Source of the DNA: Hyaloraphidium curvatum SAG 235-1
Taxonomy: Eukaryota > Fungi > Monoblepharomycota
DNA length: 64,000 nt
Direction: 5' to 3'
NCBI GenBank assembly: GCA_025558095.1
Contig: JAIVFI010000019.1
Location: 558,001 to 622,000 of the forward strand
Shown here: piece after piece, positions 56,101 through 64,000 of the stretch
Layout of the letters: the number at the start of each line of letters is the position of its first letter
How positions within the stretch are numbered: the stretch's first letter is position 1
Position numbers and translations under genes: made by a program
Notes under the pieces: generated by a model
Told to the model about the DNA's origin: nothing
Database searches by the model: none
What the model saw: only the letters and a program-made list of their open reading frames with translations

Positions 56101-57086
56101 AGGCCGAGTGGGCCGCGTGCGCGAGCGTGTGCAGCGGGAGGGTGGTCAACTGCTACCTGCCCGGGGACTGGGTGCTGGGGCTGCTGTACCGCGCGAGCAC
56201 GGCGACGTTTTCAAAGGTGGCGGGGCTGCATCCCGTCGGCGGGGTCGAGGGGCTCGAGAACGTGGACGTGACGGGGCTCGTCGAGGGGCACCTCAAGTAC
56301 CGCGTGCGGATGCCGCGGATCCTGGAAAAGGTCGGGATCAAGGTGTGGCGCGAGTGGGTGGACGAGGAGGACGAGGAGGAGTGGCGGATGGCGCAGGAGC
56401 GGGCCAAGGAGGGCGCGCGGGCCGAGGAAGCGGCGATGCCGCAGCCGCAGCCGGCTGGCGGCGGCGCTGGCGGCGGCGACCGGACCAAGGATCCGACCAA
56501 GATCTGGAACTGGGCCGACATCATGGAGCTCAAGCGGATCCAGGAGCAGATGGAGGAGTACTACCAGCCGCGCGACCTCGGGGCGTCGTCGCTGCCGCCC
56601 CTGGTGATCCCGGACGAGATGCTGGGGGACGGGGACGCGCCGGCCGCGGAGGAATCCGATGAGCAGCGCGCGGCGCGCGAGGAGGAGGAGCGCGGGCGGC
56701 GGCAGGAGGAGAGCGACCGCCGCGAGCGGGCAGGGATCCGGCTGGCCATGGACGAGCTTTCGGACGACGAGGAGGGCGGTGCGCCGAGCGAGTTTACGTC
56801 GGCCGACGGCGAGTCGGAGGCTCCCAGGACGCCGAGGACCCCCGCGACTGCCGGCACGGAGCCGGCCCTCGTGAGGCTCGAGGAGGAGGAGGGCGGCGGG
56901 GAGGATGAGGCGGGAACGCCGGATTTGGACGTGATGGAAGCGCCGGAACTGGTCATTTCCGGCGTCGTGGAGGTGGATTCGGATGCTGCGATCGTTAAGC
57001 AGGAGTCGCCTGCCTTGCCGGACCAGCAGCACGAGGACGCGGCCGAGTCGCAGCCGAAGAAGGGTGAGGAAGAACGAGAGCTTTGA
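53154..57086 (+). CDS. DUF726 / TMCO4 / Mil1-like membrane-associated alpha/beta-hydrolase
   Basis: GLAAVGGGAIIGLSAGVMAP, VSGW, LRWE, DNPWG, RPVTLVGFSLGARV, DWVLGLLYR, GHLKY; probable in-frame intron 54219..54281. Confidence 0.9.
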   Translation: MWRLFGGSSSPAPASAPAPATDNLFARAEPLLDDGETDEWVAEALGGPRSAPSGGPWNSQSGFKQPINQPRTPPKRQGVAVTALPAPPASFGGPPAPLPAPPSAPPLLHPTLSAVQPLPPAFPEPLPTVPRGAAPAGFPAAPAAARYARTTRLEARSWAVAGPAAQQPQALPAAPGSGPIMAYLANLEARAELAAGTPGGGLASSSSLGGSGAALDAAAPVSRLTAPGERTVFDLAGLSGPSGGKPTPPSSPPKKPPAPPAAPAESTYFPEFPTSPEDADDPLGVFSPPPASDPSRVKEMRPPAMQEMLAALEDHDWGMDVPEGGEVSAKERGKKPQTKSGVLKQLQDQLSREDKVIPPPAVLLPVRAHLPLPVRQIAYLRLVRLLLLRSRHHPFHPTTLPPLPRSAKRRIEKARAHATSRYALYALRTQEKLALYLDLEPEERARAEAGGTSAEEVAKGLNRPVSSRRRQNTEEGSEAGKGGSEGGAGEVEERVAEGGEPVSAGGEAGTGSSESAEEPPAGPATDLLDFSDGDAAPPAGTVFVDLLGEPEDVQVEGEPAGTFEEAPPAPEQGVQADASDPFAAFAGLDSLEAKGSASPKDEGGSAEAASPADKDASPQGDADAELPTDPRHPLLSHFFLLSVADGLGYPPYARTLLRELARQLSLDSYDVVRIESGLSAQLGIFGTDDDAAEEVKLRSEADRSIAARERAERLKKWAVVGLAAVGGGAIIGLSAGVMAPLIGAGVSATLGMVGVGGTATFLSSTAGAAVIAAGGAGIGSTLSAKKMAKRTRRLATFDLLPVRPAYVAEEDAYVPLRYPSVTICVSGWLSEGEKDFHTPWSTVSPGALGELHTLRWEPSDLESLGSAFRIIAGEVISFGVQQVLGATVLHALMLGLTLPMWMLKLGYALDNPWGIGLTKAKKAGQVLADAIAAQAQGYRPVTLVGFSLGARVVFYCLLELAQRGLAELVEDAVLVGAPVMATEAEWAACASVCSGRVVNCYLPGDWVLGLLYRASTATFSKVAGLHPVGGVEGLENVDVTGLVEGHLKYRVRMPRILEKVGIKVWREWVDEEDEEEWRMAQERAKEGARAEEAAMPQPQPAGGGAGGGDRTKDPTKIWNWADIMELKRIQEQMEEYYQPRDLGASSLPPLVIPDEMLGDGDAPAAEESDEQRAAREEEERGRRQEESDRRERAGIRLAMDELSDDEEGGAPSEFTSADGESEAPRTPRTPATAGTEPALVRLEEEEGGGEDEAGTPDLDVMEAPELVISGVVEVDSDAAIVKQESPALPDQQHEDAAESQPKKGEEEREL

Positions 57087-57235
57087 ATCACTGTTTCATT
57101 TGAAGAAACTGCATCGTTGCCTCTGATGAGCTGAAAAAGGTGGCGCGTGCGAGTGGCAAGTTTGCTGCCTCGGCGCCGCCGCCAATGCGGCACGGGTCAA
57201 CACACCGCTGTCTCCCCCTCTCCTCCTGTGCAAAA

Positions 57236-58571
57236 ATGTAACCTCCCCGCGTCTTTCGCGGGCCATGAACGCAATTCACGCATTTCCACCGCTCCAGGCT
57301 CCGTTCCGTCGCCCTCCTCACCCCCCGCCGCGGCCTCGCCGGCTACCCCGGCACCCCGACCGGACGGCGGCTAGTCAACCGCGACGGCACCCCCCGCGTG
57401 TGCCTGGTCACGGGCGCCGCGTCCGGCATCGGGAAGGCTGCCGCGATCCGGTTCGCCAGCGAGGGCGGCGTCGCGGTGGTCACGGACCTGAAGATGCAGG
57501 AGGGTGAGGGGAGGAAGGTCGTGGACGAGTGCAACAGGCTCAACACCAAGGGCAAGGCCATGTTTGCGCTGCAGGACGTGACGAAGGAGGAGGATTGGAT
57601 ACAGATCATGAAGGTGCTCGGCCCGTCTGGCGGAAAGACAAGGCTTCGAGGCTGACTTCGCCACCGTCTCCCTCCGGCACGCCGGGGATGCCGTTCCACG
57701 ACCCTTTCCAAGACGATTGAGTCCACCTACGGACGGCTGGACGTGCTCGTCAACAACGCCGGCGTGTTCTTCAACGAGGGGTTCGTCGCGGACGAGAAGC
57801 TCTCAGACTTCAAGAAGGTCATGGACGTGAACGTGGAGGGCGTCTTCCTGGGCACCAAGCATGCCATCCCGCTGATGAATCGGACCACGGGGGATGAGTA
57901 CAGGTGGGACGAAGTTGCGGCGAGCTGGGACAGCCCATGTTCCAACGTTCGCGGACTGTTGCTCCACAGGAGCATCATCAACCTCTCCTCGATCGCCGGC
58001 CTCATGGGCTCCGCGGGACCTGTCGCAGGATGTTTGTTGCTCGATCTTATCTCCCGTTTTCCGCCCGATAACATGCCTGTCCGCTTTCCGTAGACCACGC
58101 CTCCAAGGGCGCCGTGCGCCTCTTTACCAAGGCCACCTGCCTCCAGCTTGCCGCGGCCAAGCATAAGATCCGCGTCAACTCGGTGGGTCTCCTTACGCTC
58201 CGGACCACGTCTCTTCGCCGATCTCTTACCCGGGACGCAGGTCCACCCGGGCGTCATAATCACCCCCCTCTGGGAGCGCGGCTTCGTCCCCGGCGAGGGC
58301 GCGGATGGTACCCGGTCCAACATCGCCGGCTTCGGGGCCAAGGACCTCGACCACGCGAAGGAAGTGCTTTCGCCGCTGACTCCGATCGGGCGCACGGGGA
58401 CGGCCGAGGACGTGGCGGAGGCGATCGTGTTTTTGGCGAGCGACGAGTCGAGCTTCGTGGGTGTTGCGGGTGGTCTATTGCTCTGCTGTTTGCTGATTCG
58501 TGCGCTCGATCTTCGTACGACAGATGACGGGATCGGAGCTAGTGATTGATGGCGGGGCGACGGCGCAGTAG
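57236..58571 (+). CDS. Classical short-chain dehydrogenase/reductase
   Basis: TGAASGIG, LDVLVNNAG, NLSS, spliced YHASK, IRVNSVHPG, MTGSELVIDGG; 6 introns. Confidence 0.92.
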
Positions 58572-58922
58572 GCCGGGAAGGATGCCGGGCCGGTGGAGCA
58601 CTGGGTGCAATTTTTAGCTTCCTATTGGACGGTTTCGAAAGCTGATCAGCGCGGATCGCGTTGCGAGTTGAGGCTCGAGGCTTCGAGGCTCAAGTGTTCA
58701 GGCTAAACAGACGTGTCCCACCCGGCGGCCACTCCAACGGAACCTCCCAACGAGGCTAAATCATCACAGTCCCAGAGGCTAATCCTTGCCCACTCGCAAG
58801 CTTCCGACTGCTGCCTAGTCCGGGTGTGCTCGCTGCGGCACCTCAGGACGGAGGCGGCCACTCCCCGCACCACAGAAGTTGAAGGGCCGCGCGCTACTCT
58901 TTGAAGCAGGCGGACCGGAGCC

Positions 58923-60904
58923 ATGGAAGCCCACGGCGCCCTTCCGACTCTCTCTGCCGAGGAGGCCGCGGCGGCCGACGCCGGCAAGGCCGGCATCTCG
59001 ACGGCGACGAAGGTCGCCGGCATCCTCGCGCTCTCGCTCGCCATCTGCCTCTTTGCCCTGGACGCTACCATGGTCTCCGTGGCTATTCCGCGCATGGTCT
59101 CCGACCTCGGCGGAGAGGACCTGCTATCCTGGATCGGGACCAGTTACTTGCTCACCAGCACGGCTTTCGGGCCGCTCTGGGGCCGGCTGGGGGACGTCCT
59201 GGGCCGCAAGGCGACCTTCCTCTCGAACATTGTGATATTCGCCCTGGCGTCGCTCGTGTGCGCGCTCGCTCCCAACATGGTTACGCTCATTGTGGGCCGT
59301 GCTCTGCAAGGCGTCGGGGGAGGGGCCATGCAGGCGCTCGTTTACGTGTGGGTGTTGCGTTCCCATTCTCGATGCCCTTCTGCTGATTCAATGTCTGCAG
59401 GCTCATGGCGGACCTCGTGACGATGCGCGAGAGGGGAATGTATCAGGCCTTGATGGGTTCCGTCGCCGGCGTTTCCGCCGTCCTGGGCCCCCTCCTCGGT
59501 GGAGTGATCACGGACGGTTGGAGCTGGCGTGGCCTTTTCTGGATCAACTTGCCGCTCGGCGCGATCGCCTTTGCCACTTCCTGGTTTGCTCTGAAGGTGC
59601 CCAACACGCGCACCGGGTCGTGGAAGGAGACCGCGGCGCGGATCGACTACGGCGGCGCCCTGATCTGCATCGCCGGCATCGTGCTCTTCCTCTTCGGCCT
59701 CACCAGCGGCGGCACTAACCCCTGGACCTCGGCCATCGTGCTTGCGCCGATGATCATCGGCGTGGCGGTGTTTGCGGGCTTCCTTGTGTTCGAGGCCTAT
59801 GTCCCCAAGGAGCCGAACGTCCCGATCTACCTGTTTAAGCTGAAGAACATACCCATCGTGTACGCGGCCAGCTTCTTTGCCGGGTGGTGCATGCAGGGCA
59901 GCGCGTACTATCTCGTGAGTCGCTGTTCCCGTCGCAAACAACTTCCCTGCTGATCCTCCGCTCGCGACAGCCCCTCTTCTTCCAGCTAGTGCTCGGCGAC
60001 AGCCCCACGACGGCGGGCCTGAAGGTGATTGGCGGATTCCTGTGGGAAGCCTTCGGTGGTGGAACTAACGCCCCGATCCTCATTGTTCCCAGACTATGCC
60101 TCAAATAGGCGCCCTTATTCCCGTCTCCATCGTTGTCGGCATAATCTCCTCCAAGACCGGGATCTACACCCCCTTCCCCAAGGTCGGCATGGCCATCATG
60201 GCCGTCGGCATCGGGCTCTGCGCCATGTGGACGTCCACGACCCCCTTGGGGCAGCAGATCGGCTATATGATCATCATGGGCGTCGGCGCGGGCCTGACCG
60301 TGTCGATGCTCATGGTCTCGGTGCAGGCCAACCTCCCCGTGGCGGACATTGGCCCCGGAACAACCGTGGCAACCTTCCTCCAGACCATTGGTGTGTTGCC
60401 ATAATCTTCACGTGCTTTCCAACTAAACGGCTCCCTGCAGGTGGCGTTTTGGGTATTGCGGTCGGCGGCGCGATCATGCAGACGACCGTCGCCGACGTTG
60501 TCACGCCCACCGCCGTCTACACCATCTCGCAAACCTACGGCGTCCCCCCCGAAACCGTCGGCCAGGCCGTACAAAGCATCGCCACCGGTCACGGCGTCCC
60601 CTCGAGCCTGCAGATGCCCGAGGCCGCCGTGCAGGCGTGCTATGCCCTCGTCAGGGGCGGCTACGAGCTCGGCCTGACGCGGGCATTCATCTCGCTGGCC
60701 GCCGCGGTGGCGGTGGGATGGGTCATCATCCTGTTCCTGCGGCACACGGCGCTCAGCACGACGCTGGAGCACACGGCGGCGGCAAAGAGCGGGTTGACGG
60801 ACGAGGAGGAGGTGGAGATCGACGACGCGGTGAAAGCGAAGAGGGAGGACGCGCTGGAGGTCGTGACGGTCAACGGCGGCACGACGCCTTCACCCGTGGC
60901 ATAA
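58923..60904 (+). CDS. MFS drug:H+ antiporter, DHA2 (14-TMS) family
   Basis: LDATMVSVAIP, WIGTSYLL, GRLGDVLGRK, GRALQGVGGG, GPLLGGVITD..WR..FWINLP; 4 introns. Confidence 0.92.
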
Positions 60905-61034
60905 AGCCACATGACGCTACTGCTCACTGCATGTTTGGAAAGTAGACGCTAGACGACGATTCGATTATGTTAAATGACGTACAGAACATGGATTGGTGGC
61001 AGAAAGATGTACAGTCTTTGCTCTTCAATTGCTT

Positions 61035-62630
61035 TCACGGTGTCTGATAGCCGTAGCCATCCCGTTCCCGGCGCTCCGCCTCCCTCGCCGCGTCCCGCAG
61101 CTCCATCCAAGACTCGTAAGGTCCTCCGGGCTCGCCGTACCCTATCAGGAGCGGAAAAAGATCCCCCTCCGAGTCCTTTATCCTGAGGGAGCCAGAAGAG
61201 GAAGGGTGCCATAAAGCGCCTCGAGGAACTTGCACACGTGCGGGGCGCCGGACGTGCCGTCCAGGTGGCCATGCCTCAGGGATGCTTTTGGTAGGAAAAT
61301 CTCCTCGAGCGCCGGGAATTCCAGCAGCGGGGGCTCCTCGAAGTACTCGGAGAAGCTGGACGCGGTCCAGATCAGGCGGCGGAGCTTGGGGAAGTGGGGC
61401 GGGGCGGACCATCGCCAGCTTGCCGGCAGGTAGCCGATCGTGAGGTCCTCGAGGTCCGAGCAGTGCAGCGAGACAAAATCCGCCATTTCGATCTCTCTTT
61501 CGCCCTAAAGGCACCGCGTGAGTAAACGATAAAGGTCAGTTGAGTCTGCTTACCGCGTCGCTAAAGTTGACGAACGCCGGTTGAAAGCTCAGTTTGCTGA
61601 CATCCAGCTTGCGAATGAGCTTGTGCCTCTCCAAGAACGTGCCGAGTGCCCTCCTTGTCGTGGTCAGCTCGCCGCCCAGCTTGACCGACCTCAACGCCGG
61701 CGCGCGGATCGCCGCCAGCGCCTCGGTTCCGACACGGGTGGAGACGAGGTCGAACTCTAGCTCCTCGAGCACATTAGCGGATGCCAGAAGGGTGGGAAAG
61801 CCGGGATTACGATCCCATATGTCGGTTGACATGGCGAGCCTGCGCAGGCGGGCGAAGACGGGCACCAAAGGTGCAAGGTCCTCCAGATCCGTCCCTTCGA
61901 CGGGCACCGTCGGCTCCCGCCACGGCGTGCTGGGCCTCTCGACATGCATCGAGATGAGGGTGAGATCTTCCAGCGTGCCGCAAACCCGTCCGATCGCCTC
62001 CGCCAGGCCGACGTGGTCCGTCGTTGCGGAGAGGTCGAGGCGCCGCAGGTTTCCCCACTTCGGCAGCCACTGCCCGATCACGTCCCCGTGCACGTCGCCC
62101 GAAAGCAAAGTGAATTCCGTTATGTCCATCCGCCCTGCTTCGCCGACGAAGCGACACAGCAGATCCTTTGCCAGGTCCGAGCCGCCGCACTCGAAACCGA
62201 TGCTCTGGAGCTGCATAAGCGGCAGCGCGGCCAGCAGCGCCTCGAAGGCGGGCATCTGTTGCCAGATCATCTCCAACATGACGTAAAGGCTTCGCACCGA
62301 GCCCAGGTATAGTTCGCCGCGCGGGGATGCTAGAGCCGAGAGCACCGCACCCCGGGCGACGATCCGGTGGGTGAGCCTCAGGTCCCTCCAAACGAGCCGG
62401 GCCGCCTCCCTGAAGAAAGCTCGGTTGATCGTCAGCACGGAACGCAACGTCATGAGCTTCAGCCGGCCGTCCGGGCCGCGGCGCAAGTGGTGCCTGCCCG
62501 AGCGGAGTTGGCACACGTCAACGCATGCGCGGCGCCGCCTCGCCCACCTGACGATCGAAGCGATGACCTCGCCAGGGAGCTCGCGCGGCGGCAGGGGCTG
62601 GCTGCCCTTGGATGGGGCGCGGGAGGACAT
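61035..62630 (-). CDS. F-box-like / LRR (RNI-like) protein, 3' end uncertain
   Basis: LPGEVIASIV; INRAFFREAARLVWR; LxxLxL repeats. Intron 61505..61553 joins to GEREIEMADFV. Confidence 0.6.
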
Positions 62631-62841
62631 GGCGGAGTTTGCGGAATCCGCGTCACCTACGCTAGAGCCGCTTGGGCCTTCGCGGAATACGGAAGCGGGC
62701 TGTCGGCAACTTGCTTCGGAAACGAAAGTCGATCATGTCAATTGACGTACAGAACACAATCCATGGAATGCAGGCCCCTATCTACAACCAAACCCCGTGG
62801 CGATGGAGAGAACTGACGATGCAAAGATCCCACCGCATCGC

Positions 62842-64000
62842 CTACCCTTCCCTCGCCGGCTCCTCCGACGGCCCCGCCTCCCCTTCGGCGTCCGCCGCCT
62901 CCCCCATCTCGACGTCCCCCGCCGCCACCGCCATCTCCGCGTCCTCGTCGGGCGTCGCCGGGCTCCCTTGCACCGCTTCCGATGCGTCGACCAGCATCGC
63001 GGCGTCGCCAACGTCGCCCCCGTCCGCAACGGCAGCCTGCTGCCCCGCTTCGGCCAGCTGCTCGCCCGCCGCGGCGTCGTCCTCAGCCGGCGCCGGCTGG
63101 GCCTGCGCGGCCGGCGGAGGGACGAAGGCGGGGTTGTTGACGAAGCAGGCATACCTGTGCCCGGCCACCCAGGCCGCCGACTGCACCCAAGGGAAGCGAT
63201 CAGCCCTTCCCGTCCACGATCAAGCACCGTGACGCAACCGACGCACCTGGCACTCCCTCCCGCAGTAGAACACCACCCTGCACCTCGCGCACCTCTGCAG
63301 CGCCCTCGTCCTCGCCTCCCTCCTGCAGTGGTCGCAGCTGTCAGCCACCCTCCCCCTCCTCCGCACCACCTCGGCCGCAGCGTGCGCGTCGGGTGGGACG
63401 CCCTGCGCGCCGGGGGGTGCGATGGTCCAGAGGCAGTTGAGGTCGCGGGCCAAGGACAGGAGGCGGTCCCGGAGGGGCGTGGCGAGGGGCGGGTGGGGAA
63501 GGAGGGATTGGTGCGCGGCGCGGAGTTCCCAGAGGGTGCGGACGAGGAGGTTGAGGATGACGACGGCCTATCGGGGGGCAAAGGTTAGGTGGGAGGGCAA
63601 AGGCGGGGAACGGAAAGCGCACCATCGGCTCGGGGCTGGCGAACGTGTGGCGCTGCCAAGGCCCGCGGGATTCGGCGACGACCTGTGCGAGGATGGAAGC
63701 GGCGGCGTCGAGCTCCGGGCCGACGGCGCGGTGGTGGGCAAAGGCCGGGGGCTGGTGCTCGTCGGCGGCGACCGAGAAGGAGGAGGCGCCCCACGAGGCG
63801 AGCGAGTCGAGCAACCGCAGATCCTGGCCCAGGCGCATGCGCACAGGGCGGGAGAAGAGCAGGTGCGCGATGCAGCAGGCCGCGAGCAGCGCCGCGCGGC
63901 CGAAGCGGTCGTCGTACTCGGCGGCGGCGTCCCGGTCGAACAGGGCGAGGTGGCCGCCGGCGTCGGGATGCTGCATCAGCGCAACGAAAGTCGGCCGTAC
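62842..64000 (-). CDS. MYND zinc-finger protein, 5' end outside the window
   Basis: CDHC..CARC..YCGRECQ, an intron, then SAAWVAGHRYAC; a second intron at ~63569-63622. Confidence 0.85.

Overview
This is eukaryotic, GC-rich, gene-dense DNA with about 29 protein-coding genes. They are interrupted by many very short (about 48-75 bp) spliceosomal introns with GTGGGT/GTGCGT/GTGAGT donors, CTGAC/CTAAC branch points and YAG acceptors. The gene set (Shr3-like, Ssh4/Ear1-like SPRY, DUF726, DHA2 MFS, GH128) plus a receptor-type TKL kinase suggests an early-diverging, chytrid-grade fungus; this is inference. I found no RNA genes, transposons or CRISPR arrays. Most ORFs in the supplied track are shadow ORFs, so genes were rebuilt by hand through introns. 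Family calls come from recognised motifs, not from database searches. Highlights: (1) a run of bacterial-type enzymes at 37.8-47.2 kb, including an N,N-dimethylformamidase large-subunit homologue with an intron and a peroxisomal -SRL tail; (2) an E. coli GadB-type glutamate decarboxylase with 8 introns; (3) a secreted GH128-GH128-SGNH fusion; (4) a signal peptide / jelly-roll ectodomain / TM / kinase receptor; (5) a near-identical 2.2 kb duplication of an unknown surface protein with a polybasic cleavage site and a gene-conversion-like mosaic; (6) splicing oddities: a 3-nt micro-exon in a peroxiredoxin active site, and a start codon split by an intron.
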